From positions 7,998,001-8,062,000 of the forward strand of contig OZ024751.1 of assembly GCA_964016885.1 (NCBI GenBank): a stretch of DNA of 64,000 bases, written 5' to 3'. This DNA is from Eledone cirrhosa. Lineage: Eukaryota. A model generated the notes under the pieces. It saw only the letters and a list, made by a program, of their open reading frames with translations. It was not told where the DNA came from and made no database searches. The translations under genes were made by a program, and so were the position numbers. Numbering within the stretch: position 1 is the stretch's first letter; each line of letters opens with the position of its first letter. Shown one piece after another: positions 46,654 to 62,939 of the stretch.

Positions 46654-47608
46654 CACAACATATATATCTATATGTCCTCTTTTTTTTTTTAAACATGTTT
46701 GTTTTCCCGATTCGATTACATAAATGGGTGATTTCTTATTCACTCTACATTAAACAATTGTAAGTAATTTCTTGGGTAACTAAAAGAAGAAAACTTAAAT
46801 GCTATGTGTAGCAACATTACTTAAATCTCATATTGATACAAACATTTATAAAAGGTAATTCTTGACAGCACCTGTTTCTAAGTTTTGTCGTTTTTAGCAA
46901 TGCTCAAGTTATTTATCTATTAAGGGAAATATATTTCTGTGAATTGTAATGAATAGCAACAGTAACCGATGGCAAATTTAGTCAAGGAAATATTATTAAT
47001 CTCTACAGATATTCAGTTTACGTTCATGTCGTTTGCGACCATCTGTAGTGCCCTGATCCAAGCCGGCTTTGCTCTAATTGAACATCGAATTTGCCAATTA
47101 CATTTTTCAAATGGTCACTCCATATTTTTGTTGTAATTATTTGTTTAGTAATATATAACAATTTATACTTCATACTAAAATTGTAAATAGTGTATATATT
47201 TTCTTCCTATTACCTTTTTATATTCACTCATACTTCTTTCGATTTTCATTCATCTCATATCACATACCAAAATTCATGTCCAAGTAAAGACGGATACCAA
47301 TCTCACTAAGGTATATAGAAAATAACACAGAGGCATATAGATACATAAACATTATTATATCTAAATACAAAATTTACCCGTTCTCATTCCTATATACCAT
47401 ATCAATTTAAGCTTCAATTAGAAAACATCTCTTTTTGTACGGACATATTAAAAAGCCTGTCCTTAATACCTACAATTGGATTTAACCTTTGAAATGCATA
47501 ACCATATATGTGTTTCTCATGATTTGTTGATAGTATTCCAACTTACTGAACATTAATAACTTTAAACACACTCCAATTATTTTAACTCATTATTATGCAG
47601 AACATCAG

Positions 47609-47828
47609 GGCGGTGGATTGGCTGTATCTGTATAGCTTCGGGCATCATGCTTTGCAGCATAGAGTTACGGCTCTTTACGGCTTTAGTCCAAATCGCGCCG
47701 AGGTTAGATTTGCCATTCATCCTTACGGAGTCGATAAAGTAAAGCACTAGCAATGCAGTAGGGTCGATGTTATCGACTTCCCTCTCACCTTTAAATTGCT
47801 TGCCTTTTGCCTATCGTAAAATCATTAT
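47609..47828 (+). mobile_element. tRNA-derived SINE, family A (diverged)
   Basis: GGCGGTGGATTGGC...GCATAGAGTTACG...CGCCGAGGTTAGATTTGCCATTCATCCTTACGGAGTCGATAAA. Confidence 0.8.
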
Positions 47829-48860
47829 ACAAAACATCAATTGGGAAGGTTTATCAATTCTGCTATCACACACATATATCCACACATATATCCACACATC
47901 CACACATGTGCTTGTGTGAATACACATTTCTACATGTTTTATGTGTCGGTATCTATATCAATATCTTGAAGTTTCACTATTACGCAGGATTCGGGAATAT
48001 ATTTATATGTGTGTCCATCTTCTAAGTGCACTTGCGTTAAAAAACGACACTCCGGATATGGACGCTAGATATTTCACCTGGCGTCTTGGCGTCTTGCTAC
48101 TTCCTCTCTGTAGGATTCCTCTTATTCACATTTAGACAACAATTCCCTGTTCTTGCTTCATTTATTCTTCATTTGATAAATCACATAACTTGTCGTTCAA
48201 TAATTCTTGAGAGTGATTTATGCTCTTACTGCAAATTAATCCATTTGATTGAGCATTCGTTAGAATTTAATTTCCGTAAGCTACGGGAAACGCTTATCGA
48301 ATGATGACTATCTTACTGCTCATAGTTCTCTTAAATATATCAATGTCTGGCTGTGTCGCATATATTTCAACGTCTCAATAGAATTTCTTTTATCTGCCTG
48401 TTCACCAGACACATGTGTTCGGTTATCTAGAAATTTAACGGATGCTATCTTATTAATTTGTTGACAGGTACGCGTTAAGAGAAAATAGTCAAATTTAGAC
48501 ACATTTAAAGTATGATATTTCAATAACGTCAATGGAAAACCTTTGATAGTAACTATCATGTGGTGTCGTATTCGTGACAGGTCATATAATTCTAACTGTT
48601 GCCACAAATGATCTTAGAAATTTCATGAGCGCCACAACAGGACATCAATGTCTAGGTTAGTAACTATACACATACATTGGTGATTGTTCTCCTTAAGTGA
48701 ATACATTCTCACCACTTATCTTATAAATATTGACAGGCCAGTACGATATGTGGTTTGATTCAAATCCATCTGTTAATAAATCTTTTAAATTTGAACAATT
48801 ATTGTTAAGCTACAGAAATAAATTTTAATTACAAAACTGTCCCGATATTTAAACCAAATA

Positions 48861-48987
<127 letters not shown>

Positions 48988-49952
48988 ACATATATATATA
49001 GAGAGAGAAATAAGTATTAGTGAGGGTGGGTGCGTGTGTGTCTGTCTCACTCTTTCTGTATATGTATATACATATATATATATATATATATACACAAAAC
49101 CATTTTACACTGTAGTGCATTAAATCAAATATAACGTATCTACCATGTTATATATATTTTGCCGGCAATCACTTTATATCCGAAGATAACACTGAACGAT
49201 TCACTTTTTGAGATACATGTGGACATATTTCAAACTACTTTGAGGTATCAATTGTAGTAAATTATATTTCAATTGATGTAAATATCCTGGCGAAAATATA
49301 GTTTTGGCACTGACTACAAACACTAAGTTACCTACCTAAGTATTAAGCAATTTGTATCAGAAGATAGGTCAACTGAAGATACTTTTGCTCTCGAAGAACA
49401 TTGCATTGATGTCGTTCCTTTGCAAATACATCATGCTGCTCTGTCCTTCCTTCTGTGAAACATCTTATTTTATTTGGTTTTAACCATTTTATACAAACTT
49501 CATCTATTTATTTATTTCACATCTACATAACACCAACACTATCATGTATTCCTTTTTTTTTTTTTCATTTCCTATCTCTTTTCCGAAATGATGTTGGCAT
49601 CGTTCCATCATTTTAGCAAGTAAATGTCAACAAGAATCGTTTCCGAACAAAACATCATAAGATTAAAATTATATAATTTTCGAGATATATTCGTGAGATG
49701 ATATAGTTTTATTGATTTCCACAGTAAAATATTCAAGAATACACATCGTATTGAGTTTTACATAACCTCCTAAAATATGTAGTTACGCGTAATTAAATTA
49801 CTTGTATAATATTTTCAAAATATATCCTCATTTCAATAGAAACCTTAATAGGGAAGAGGTAATAAATGAAGGTGTAAGTAAATTGTGTCAATATCGGCAA
49901 GGTTATTATGTTGAACAGTTTCCCCGAGAAAGATGTATGGATTATCTTTGTG

Positions 49953-50143
49953 TATAATTGTTTCTACTGTTGGCACAATGCCAGCAATTATTCCAGTGAA
50001 TTACTGCTACTTTATTTTATCTACCCCGTTAGGATGAAAGGCAAAGTTAACCTTGATGGGATTTGAACTCAGACATTAAAGGGGCGTAACTATGCTAGAA
50101 AACATGGTGTCCGACCCTCTACCGATACTGCCAATCCACCGCC
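49953..50143 (-). mobile_element. tRNA-derived SINE, family A
   Basis: Reverse complement aligns to 14221-14415; B box GAGTTCAAATCC. Confidence 0.85.
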
Positions 50144-50641
50144 ATATCTTTGTTTATAATAATATATAGAACAATACACTATAGAGTAAAACTCTCCATT
50201 TATTGATAGTTAGATGATGTCAGATACAGAGTGCATATATTTCAAAGTTGTTGGGTCATTCTTTTATTTGCAGTTTTTTTGAGGGATCGCATATGCCAAA
50301 ATGAAACAATTAAAGAAATAAAGCTATGGTATTATAATACTGGTTATGGGTGTTTCATTCTTTAAATAGACAGTTTGTGTTACATTCGAATTACTTGTAG
50401 AGACCATAGATATATCTTTCTAGAATAGTGGGGTATCCAAGTCTTAAATTATTACGGTTTAACATATTTCAGACTAAAACAACTTGTATCGGTCTCTTTT
50501 TCTATATTTTTCTCTTTCTCTCACTCTCTCTCTCCCATGCTCTTTTTTTCTTTCTCTCTCTGTCACTCTCTCTCTCATTCTTACTCTCACTCTGTCTATC
50601 TCTTTGGTTCTTGTATGTCTCCGTATGTCTTTATCTTCGAA

Positions 50642-50677
<36 letters not shown>

Positions 50678-50681
<4 letters not shown>

Positions 50682-50740
50682 AGATTCAGCAGGACCCCGA
50701 CGGCTAAGCTCTGGTTATTTCAGCGGCTAGATCTAGCTTT
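50678..50740. mobile_element. Family X fragment (another at 52027-52133)
   Basis: AGGACCCCGACGGCTAAGCTC..TTTCAGCGGCTAG directly after (TA)n. Confidence 0.65.
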
Positions 50741-51868
50741 CAGAATGCCCGGAGCTCATTCGTCGAGAGAGCTCTTGAAAAGCCGTAAGCCTCTTGCATA
50801 ATGCAACGATTAGACATTTCCAAAAAGTAGGATCGAAATTATCGACAGTGGGGACTGTGAGAATTTTTGGTGACGTTTATCTATTTTTCCTTCAAACATT
50901 TTAGACTTAGCTCCATTTAAATGATCATTTGTATAGTTAATTTCTACTGACTAAGAGGAAAGATTAAATACATTGTATCTGATTGTTCCTCATACAGGAA
51001 TATCGGTAGCATATATATTTGTTATTTCTTCACAATGACATTTTCAACTTAGCTCCGTTTAAATGATTATTTATCAAGGTAAGTTCTACAGACTGTGAAC
51101 AAATTAGATAAATTTTGACTGACTATTCTTCAAACTTATAATTTTATATGTATATATATATACAGAGAGAGGGGAGAGAGAGAGAACAAACCGTCTACCA
51201 AATTCAACTCATTCGACAACAATATGTTAAAGTACCGGAATTTTCACAGAATGCAAATGAGCTCAGAACCATGATATTTTGACGAGAGCATCTTAAGTAG
51301 ATAAACGATATACATTTTACAAATAATTCTAGTACGTAGAATGGTATTAGAAACAGACTTCAAAATGTGTGACATTTCAAACTCTTTAAAATTGTACTAT
51401 TTAAAGAAAATATAATTGATCCTATATTTTATAGAGCTATAATATCTAGAGAGATTTGAGTACAACTTTCTATGATTGGAAAACTTTATTAAAATCTTTA
51501 TCAAATTCTTTGTTTTTATCTAGATATTAGTAAATAGGAAATGAAATTAAAATTATTTTCTGTCTTTTTCAAATACAGATTGTTTCCATTTGATAAAATA
51601 TGTACAACTTTTGAAGTAGAAATGTCGATTGAAATAATATTTAAATATTTGTCTCATAAATTGGTTCCTAAAATGTTTTTCTCTTCAATAAACCATATGG
51701 AAATTGTTATACTATCAATAGAATAAATGATAAATAGTTTACTGCTTGGGGTTAAAGAAGAGAAATACACAATAGTGAATTAATATGCGACTTACTGAAC
51801 TACATACGAATATACACCCACACACAGGCTCATACACACACACAAACACACACACACACACAAACAAA

Positions 51869-51915
<47 letters not shown>

Positions 51916-51974
51916 ACACACGCACACACACACACACACACACAGACAGACACACACACACATACACACACACA

Positions 51975-52031
<57 letters not shown>

Positions 52032-52131
52032 AGATGCAAGATCCCGACGGCTGAGGTCCGGCCATTTCGACAGCTAGATCCGAACGTCATGTGCGTTATG
52101 TTCCACTTGGTTTCTTACCACACTTTCTTTG

Positions 52132-52204
<73 letters not shown>

Positions 52205-52638
52205 GCTTCATATGCAAATGAGATTAATCACATCATTTACTGAGATGAGAAAAGAAATACGGCTTCCTAAAACCGTATTTCTTTGGTGATACGAAATATT
52301 TATACAAATTGTATAAAGCTATGCTTGAAGCGAAATCCTATTTCTATATATATATTTCTATATATATATATTCATTTATATTAAGTCTAAAAAGTTAGTC
52401 TTGTTAGTCTGGAGCTTCACCTGTGATACGGAGGCTTGACTCCAGATCAACAAGATTCAACTTTTTGCCTTAATGTATATGAATATTAAAACTTAACTTC
52501 ATTATTGAGTACTCCTTTCTCTTGGCAGTCAATCACATACGAGATATCAACATGAATGGGCCAACTATTTGTATCTAAAGACATTTTTTTCCAATTCCAT
52601 CCCGCCCGTCCCTTTAATCTATTTCATTTCTCATTCTT

Positions 52639-52674
52639 TCTTCTGATGAAGGACTAACGTCCGAAACGTTAAGA
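52639..52674 (+). ncRNA. Minimal type I hammerhead (PLE-type)
   Basis: TCTT-CTGATGA-A-GGAC(TAAC)GTCC-GAAAC-GTT-AAGA; palindromic AACGTT stem III. A small fold-back lies upstream (52368-52414 / 52440-52487). Confidence 0.8.
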
Positions 52675-52759
52675 CCCTCTTCCTGCTATATCAAGCGTTA
52701 ACCTAATATATACCTTCCATATACTGTACCGATTGTGTTGTTATTTCTGTTTACCTTTT

Positions 52760-53636
<877 letters not shown>

Positions 53637-53820
53637 ATATATAAACACAGAGCTGGCATATCTAAGAATTGACTAACCGCCTGATCAGGTCATAGCCATT
53701 CAATGGCTATCATCGAAATATATACAGCAGTAAATAAAGGATTATGAGTTCATGCCATTGACTTATGTTTCGTCACTATATATATATATAGAAAAAACAC
53801 AGACCCTCCATCTCAACTCA

Positions 53821-53858
53821 CCTTTTGAAAAGCAGAAGAACTGCGAAACCGGTAAAGG
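53821..53858 (+). ncRNA. Minimal hammerhead, U3-A8 core variant
   Basis: CCTT-TTGAAAA-GCAG(AAGAA)CTGC-GAAAC-CG-GTA-AAGG; all stems perfect, ACCGGT palindrome. Confidence 0.75.
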
Positions 53859-53999
53859 AACCAAATAAATATATATATTTAAAAAAAAAAAAAGAAGACT
53901 CCAGTTGCATTTTCGATTTCATCTCTTTTTCTTGATACTTTCACTCGTGTAGGACACCTCGGTTATTTTTCATTTTGTAAAAAAAAACGGCACTTTCTA

Positions 54000-54507
<508 letters not shown>

Positions 54508-56473
54508 TTACAAGAAAGTTTGACCAATCCTTTTGACAACTACAATCTTCCCATATAAGGAATTACCCATCTGTGTGTGTGTGTATGAAAAGCTCATACG
54601 AATGAACAGATTTAGCCATGTACCAATTTTTCAGTACAGTTTTCGCTTGCCTCCTCTCCTGATACCTATCGAGAATCCACACAATATTATGTACAAGAGT
54701 ATAAACACGTGACTTGTTTAATGATACATTTAATTTGGTGTGCAACTACTTCATATATTGAGGAACTCACATGTATATATCAGATACGATTAAAGTTAAT
54801 CTTTATCTTGAAACACATTCTAAATTATCTAATAACGGGCTTATGTTTTTGTTTTTTAAACATTTAGAAACAGAAGCAATCTTTGTCTAATTTACATGAT
54901 TTCCATTGCGTTTGTTGGAGTTAAACCATGGAAAATAGGATTAGTGGGATTCCAAATCTAAATGGTATATGATTAATACTATATATAATGTTGGTACAAG
55001 TTATCCAACTTACAATAGATTAAATATGAAACCATATATATATAATTACATAAAACTATGCGCTGCAGTTTTATAGTGGAACAATTTGTTATGTAATTTG
55101 CTTATTCCGTTTAGCAGTGCGAAGAGCTGGAATGTCAGGTGGTAGAGGTACTTAACGTTGATATTTCAGCTGTCAAGATTATGTTCTATTAGAAAGAATA
55201 ATCTTTGCATTTGTCAAATTACGATTCTGAAAACCTGATCATTAACCGGAAGAATATGGCTGCAGATATACTCTGTAACTTAAATATAAATATAGAAGCA
55301 GTAATTATGAGAGAAAACCGTTGCAACATTTTAATAGGACGGCAAATGTTCAGAGCAAAAGTATGTTCTAGACTTGCAAATTAAGACTAGTAATTGGTAT
55401 GCCGAGTTGGTTGTTATATTTCTTTATACATCTAGGGGGTCCAGGGAGATAATTAGGTGAAGGCAAGATCCCGAAAATCAATTCTGATCTATTTCTTCGG
55501 TCCTCATATAATGTTGATATAGATACACACATATACTGTCAAACGATTAACACACTACGCAAACACAAACTCACACATACACGCATAGACACAATATCAT
55601 GCACACTATACACACACACACACACAAATACACATATTTTTCCAATGTATGAATATTGAAATTAATATGAGAAATATTGTATTTTGTATACTCTATTTTG
55701 AGAGTATAATACAATATCAACACATGCACATGCACACACGTGTACAAACACATATGTATACGTGTATGTACATGTGGCGATAGTTTCCCATATGTTTAAC
55801 ATAACGACGGAGAAGAATGTTTTTCAGGAATTTTTCCTTCTGTACATAGATACTAGGTAAAAAGAAGTATTCAAAGAAATGATTTATCTGAAGTATGTAT
55901 GAAATTAATAAGGCAAGCGGGATGTTTTATCGAATGTGAGTCTTATAATATTCTAGTCGAAGGAAAGAGATGTATGTTGTTTTTATTGATGCTGTTGAAG
56001 TTTTGATTATTTATATAATATTAGGATTAGATTACATGCTGGGGATGTTTCCTAGCAGTTTATGAAATATATTAAAGTCCCAATAACATGTTGCTATGAC
56101 AAAACATTTAGATAATATTTTACAGAAGGTACACATACTCGTAATATCCATAACAAATGCATCTAGTTTAATATAATTTCTTCATTATAATAAATTATTT
56201 AGACGATTAATAGCATTAAATATTAGAAGTAGGGAATTCTGCGCGATTTATAATAAACCAAACGAAGATCATAAATGGCCAGTGATAATAATGCAGGCAG
56301 ATACCTTGTAAGTTAGGTAACTGAGGACTGCATGGCGTAAGGAGAAGATAAACCAGTAATCTAAGACATATAGGACTGCATCGGGTAGATTCTTTCGCCT
56401 ATTAATTATCTATATATACTAAATTTGTTTTTCGGAAATTATACATGCTGAACAAACACGCTTACACCCCACA

Positions 56474-56520
<47 letters not shown>

Positions 56521-57108
56521 GTGAATGTGTCTGTTGATTTTTGGCATATAGTTGATTAGTTTAAGAGAAGTTCGAAGATAATTGTAAGATATGCACTCAG
56601 TATTTTGAATCTGTCTACAGAATTCTCTAAACCTTTGTCACTTAGTAGAACCTTAATGAATTTAGCTTTTAAAGAATCTCCCTTTCCTTTAATTCTATCT
56701 ACCATGACTGACCCCCACTGATCTTATAGACATCTGTTAGCTTAAGAGAAACTTAATGACAAGGAATGGTATGCCATCCGGAACCTGTTTATAGAATTCT
56801 GTCTGCCTTTGTTACTCTAAAAACAAAAAATAAATAAAAATAATCTATAGCTTTGTAGAATTAGCTTTTAATGAATTCCCTTTTCTATCAACCAATGACC
56901 TACACCCATCCCACTCCCCACCCTCTCCTACCACTTGTAGAGACCTATAAATACCATATTTATTTTTTGATACCCAGATTCCTGATGATTTCTAAAGAAT
57001 GAAACAGTTATAGTCCTGTATAATCTCATCTATATTAAAACTTTTATACTCTGCAATGTATTGAGTACCTTACTTACTGTGGTTACCTCCGATTCAACCC
57101 GGAATAAC

Positions 57109-57194
<86 letters not shown>

Positions 57195-57255
57195 GTATAT
57201 ATATATATATATATAAATATATATATGTGTGTATATATATATGTATATATATATG

Positions 57256-57320
<65 letters not shown>

Positions 57321-57406
57321 ACATATATGTATATATATATATACATATATATATATATGTATATATACATGTATATATACATGTATATTGTATATATACA
57401 TGTATA

Positions 57407-57450
<44 letters not shown>

Positions 57451-57453
<3 letters not shown>

Positions 57454-57740
57454 CGTTTCTGAATTTGTTTAGCAAGATTCTTTATCTGAAAAATGGCGTA
57501 GGATAGAAGAAAGGAAAGACACAGAAACGAAGAACGAAATCCCCAGTCACTGAAGAGGTCACAGAGTGTGTGACGAAAGAACTATGACTATATATATATA
57601 AACAACTATCTGGTTGTGGAACCAACCAACCAACCAGAAATTTATAAATTTGTAAATTTATAAATATTTAATAAATTAAATTGAAGTGAAAGCAACTGGT
57701 GCGTGTGTTTCTTATTGGCAACATGACCCTCCCAAAGTAT

Positions 57741-57746
<6 letters not shown>
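57451..57746 (+). mobile_element. (TA)n-inserted element carrying a minimal hammerhead
   Basis: Both ends shared with 15574-15694. Confidence 0.7.
57545..57589 (+). ncRNA. Minimal type I hammerhead
   Basis: AGTCA-CTGAAGA-G-GTCACA(GAGTG)TGTGAC-GAAA-GAAC-TA-TGACT. Confidence 0.8.
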
Positions 57747-57837
<91 letters not shown>

Positions 57838-57838
57838 G

Positions 57839-57860
57839 TATGTAACAAGCTGTCTGATGA

Positions 57861-57903
<43 letters not shown>

Positions 57904-57913
57904 ACATATATGT

Positions 57914-57962
<49 letters not shown>

Positions 57963-58520
57963 TCATCAGACAGCTTGTTACATAATAAGGTTATGTTTCC
58001 GAGGCAATCCAAATTGAATCGACATGGGAACGGACAAAGCGTGTGCTGTTGGGTTCTTCGGCCATACCCTTGTGAGTCTCAATTCACCCCCACCGGTCTG
58101 CGCAGGTGCGGATCCGAAGGAAGTTGACCATTAACTACCGCAGTGTTTTACGTAACTCGCCTAGGCAGGTCCACCCATCACCCAATCAATGACCCCATCC
58201 AACCTGTAATATGACACGGTTATAGTTTACTGCTAGCCGGCCGAAAGCCAGTGGAGGTGGGAGAGTATGAGTATCAATAGGTCTCAATACTACCTCTAAA
58301 TTAAGCACACGCTTTGACCTTTCCCATGTCGATTCAATTTGGATTGCCTCGGAAACATAACCTTATTATATAACAAGCTGTCAGATGATGTCACGGCACT
58401 GGCGCACCGAACCGTGTGGCCACTCTCGTCATTGAAATATGTATCACAGCATTATAATTAAAGGACTTTAATATCTGTATCTTATTCGATATATACTCCG
58501 TCGCTCCTATGTGGCAAAGG
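57839..58520 (+). mobile_element. Fold-back element (arms ~57957-58047 / 58304-58394) with hammerhead-like motif 58377-58450 and a further snap-back at 57839-57868
   Basis: GCTGT-C(A/T)GATGA-[long stem II]-GAAA-TATGTA-TC-ACAGC. The two truncated copies keep CTGATGA. Confidence 0.7.
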
Positions 58521-58681
58521 TGCGTTGAGTGCTTGATTTGAGTTGCATAAATATTTACCTTAAGAATTTAGCTCCAAAACGTTCAGTGCTCTATGTTGTA
58601 ACCAATATAGTGAAGAAGAGAGGAATCAGCTCTCTCTTTCTCACTTTCTCTCTCTCTATGCCTCTCTTTCTCTTTCTCTAT

Positions 58682-58729
<48 letters not shown>

Positions 58730-58781
58730 TTATATTTATATATACATATATATGTATAAGTATATAGATATATATATTATA

Positions 58782-58815
<34 letters not shown>

Positions 58816-59185
58816 AAACACTATGATGGATTACATTACTTTTATTGGCAAAGAAAACAAATAGGAGTAATACAACCTGTGTAAATATTTCCTGGGATGA
58901 ATTATTGTAAATAAAACATGCGCGGTAAGCCATTTACATCACTTTCGCGTGAACGTCGTATACATATTTGTATTGGAAAGATGTATATATATATATTCCC
59001 AGATCTTACGTTAACTATTTTTCCATTTTGACGTGGTAGTCACATATATATTATGTAATACTGTTGGCTTCACGCTCACAATCATTTCTATACTTTCATT
59101 TATATATATATATATATATGCTTAGGTTAATAGGAGTTAGGTATTGTATACCCGTGTCCCATTAAGGTATTGGCAGCATATTATA

Positions 59186-59230
59186 GCTCTGACGAATCCT
59201 ACGGTTACGTAAGGAAGAAACATTGTAAGC
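59186..59230 (+). ncRNA. Minimal type I hammerhead in a short TA-flanked insert (59120-59280)
   Basis: GCT-CTGACGA-A-TCCTACG(GTTA)CGTAAGGA-A-GAAAC-ATT-GTA-AGC. Confidence 0.7.
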
Positions 59231-59505
59231 CAGTAAAAATCTTTTGATGTTGTAGACGCTCTTGTGTTCTTTTTCATATATATATATATATATATAATAA
59301 GGTTTGACGGACCCAGCATATTTAACAATGCCAGTACCGGTTGTATATCAGCGCACTCAATGGGCAATGTAAGATGCATTACAAGAGTATACACATAGTT
59401 ATTTGCCTCAACCACAACACCCGTAAAACATATATATATATATATATGTGTGTGTAGGTGGGGGGTAGAAGGTGAGTAATATTGTAGAACAATAAAACTA
59501 TGCAT

Positions 59506-59979
59506 ATATCAGATAGGTTACACTCAACAGTTGGCAGAACTGGCGTATATCTGATAAAGAATAAATTAAAATATGTTTAAAAGAGTTCTATATATTTTAT
59601 TATGCTCATTTCGAATACAAAATCATCCTGGGATAAAAATTGTGTTCTCATCAGATAAAATAAGGTAAGATGATATGAGGCATAATAGCACTTGTTCACA
59701 GGAAAGTGCTAAGTCTACATATGACAGAAATATAAGTGTTAAAACTATAGTAAGAAATAGATAGGAAGATAGAAGAAAGGAAAGAAGAGGAGAATTCCAA
59801 TTTTCAGTATTTAAACCCAATATAAAATATTCCCAGTTTCTATATTTAGGCCTCTAATATTTGAATAGCGTCTTATATATTCGCACATACACCTCATCAA
59901 TTTACTTGTTAACCGTTAGTTACAGCTGTTTTCATTTTGACAGCGTTCCTGATCAAAAGTCTCTCTCTCATTCTCTCTC

Positions 59980-60021
<42 letters not shown>

Positions 60022-60309
60022 TTTTTTCTTCCTTTTTTCCTTTCTTTTCTTCTCTTTCGTTTTCCTTTTTCTCCTCTTCTTTCCTTTCTTCTATTTTCTT
60101 ATCTATTTCTTACTATATTTTTAACACATATATTTCTGTCATATGTAGACTTAGCACTTTCCTGTAAACAAGTGCTATTATGCCTCATATCATCTTACCT
60201 TATTTTATCTGATGAGAACACAATGTTTGTCCCAGGATGATTTTGTATTCGAAATGTGCATAATAAAATATATGGAACGCATTTAACCATATTTTAATTT
60301 CTTCTTTAT
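59506..60309. mobile_element. Fold-back element, ~240-bp arms (59554-59794 / 60069-60309), hammerhead in each arm
   Basis: 60201-60270 (+) and 59593-59662 (-): TATTTTAT-CTGATGA-GAACACAA..TTGTATTC-GAAA-TGTGCA-TA-ATAAAATA (8-bp stem I). Confidence 0.88.
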
Positions 60310-60329
60310 TATATATATATATATAATAT

Positions 60330-61240
60330 TAAAGATAGTATTTATAGCTATGTATATACTATACTATAAACAACTATAAACAGGGAAGGTCAGTAATTTA
60401 TTACTACATTATTACCAGTAAGAGAAATAGCTCAATGTAAGAACATCAGTTGTTTTACAGGGCAGTAATATAGATTACATAAGTATCAAAGTTATGTTTA
60501 AATCATTTAATCGCTGACAATTGTTTCTTCCAAACTTAGGCTTGAGGTCCTCGGAGCATTATCAATGTTTGTACATATAATTAACCACCTATTCAACTGA
60601 AGAATAATACAGATACATATATATTGATGTTGTGTACAACAGCTTCATTTTTACAGGGTGGAATGTATGCGACATATAGTATACGATAATTGTACAATAA
60701 TTCAAATTAAGATTAAAATAAAAATAAAAAAATAAAAATTAAGAATTAAAATTAAAAGTACAGAATGGAATACATGCGACGGATAATACAAGAGAATAGT
60801 CTAATAGTTAAAAAGATAGTACATCCGTTAGTCATATAAAAAGGAATGGAACAAGCATTTTGTATTATGCATATATGAGTACTGTATGGCAAGGTATTAC
60901 ATAAAATACAAGCATTTTAAGCGAATATGTTAGTGTATTATGGGGGATGCAATGCGATGATATTTTCTGTATAGTTCAAATTTGTATGTGTGTAGAATAT
61001 GAAAGTTATTTGAATTATTGTACAATTCTCGTATAATATATGTCGCATCCATTCCACCCCATAAACATGAAACTGTTGTCCACAACATCAATATATATGT
61101 ATCTGTATGATTCTTCAGTTGAATAGGAGGTTAATTATATGTACAAACATTGATAATGCTCCGACGACTTCAAACTAATGTTTGGAAGAAAGAATCGTCA
61201 GCGATTAAATGATTTAAACATGACTTTGATACTTATGTAA
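60330..61240. mobile_element. Fold-back element, ~233-bp arms (60475-60707 / 61008-61240), CCGA-core hammerhead in each arm
   Basis: 60513-60557 (-): GCT-CCGAGGA-CCTCAAGC..GTTTGGAA-GAAAC-AATT-GTC-AGC. 61158-61202 (+) has CCGACGA. Confidence 0.82.
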
Positions 61241-61314
<74 letters not shown>

Positions 61315-62460
61315 TCTATTGTTTCAAGAGATTCGCAACACTGATATATAAAACAAAACTCTGTGTGGGTATTTTTTTTCTCCTTTTTACATTCTCCTTT
61401 TAATATATTACTTAAGTTAGCTGCTCATATATAATAGTTTATATACACAAAGTTTCATATCTCGAACGTATATTCTACCGTTGCTGAAATTTGCTAATTT
61501 ATTGTATAAGGAGGATATGCAAACGATATATGTTATTGCTGGAATAATTCATAAAACTTATGATTTACTGTTTCAAGTCTACATGAAGAAAACATAATTC
61601 TTTGTTGTTGATAATGTTGTTGTTGTCCTCATCCTCCTTGTTGTTGTTTTTGTTGTTTCTTTGTTGTTGTTGTTGTTTTGGTTAGTCTCAGATCATCTCT
61701 TATTTCCCAGATCTATGAATAGAAGCATTCTACATGATTTGGAAGTAAGTCTACAACCATTGAATTTAATCTAGATTTCCAGCATCGAGATTTAAGGGCG
61801 ATATAGTTTCTACGACTAATATGGAGCAAATCCAGTAGATGATGTTCTGTAGATACACGAATATGGGATCAATCTATGCCAAGGGTCATATAATGGGCTC
61901 TACACATCGCATGGTATCATTAAACAACGACAGGCAATAGAAATAACAAGAGAGAAATTCGGAAAATGTTATCTTTATTTGATCTAGCACACATCACATA
62001 TATCAGGTCAGTGTATAAGGAGATGTAACGTTAATGGATTAATAGATTTCTAAAATGTTTATAGATGCTGGTCGTTCTGCAATGTGTGTGCGTTCCTACA
62101 CAGAGTATGTGTGAGTGTGATTAAGAATGTGTGAGTGCAAGTGAGAACCGCGGAAGGATATAGTCCAAGTATCAAGTAATAAGATTTGATACAATGTATT
62201 AATTCACATTCAGAGACACATACCGTTTCCTATTCTGCTTATGCTGCATAAAATATATGAAATTATGAGATGTAAATCACACATATACACACACGCACGA
62301 ACAAAGACACACACAAAAATACGCATACACCCCTCCACCACATATATATGGGTGGTGGTTAATACAAATTTGAGAATAGGTTAAGAGAACGTGGATGCCT
62401 GTGAAACGCGCATTACACAAAATAAATACAGATATATGTACATATATATACATATATGTA

Positions 62461-62513
<53 letters not shown>

Positions 62514-62628
62514 GTAGAACACTGGAAGGTAATATCCGTAGTGGTATAGACATCAGTTCATGGGACGAGTTAGGTAGAATTGGTTACACAACAGTTAGTT
62601 CAACGTACTTTTGCTTCACATCATTTTG

Positions 62629-62736
<108 letters not shown>

Positions 62737-62939
62737 ACCAAAATTAAATTAAGGATGTTATTTCTGAGAATAGCCTCAAACATTCAAAGGGATAAATCGG
62801 TGCATTTATTAGCATTAGATTAAATATATAACTGTTTCTACTTTAGGCACAAGGCCAGCAATTACACAGTGCATTACTGGTACTTTATTTTATCGACCCC
62901 TGGGAACCTCTATATTTGAAGTTATCGTTAAATTTTTCT

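Noticed and set aside
50895-51135. ~142-bp diverged direct duplication
   Set aside because: Real but featureless; treated as an old local duplication.
53679-53730. CTGATCA...GAAATATATAC hammerhead-like hairpin
   Set aside because: Good stem II, but G8 is lost and stem I is poor. Probably a decayed copy, so not counted.
56975-57030. CTGATGA-TTTCT..AGAAT-GAAAC motif
   Set aside because: The core is present but I could not pair stem I after an NUH, so it is left uncalled.
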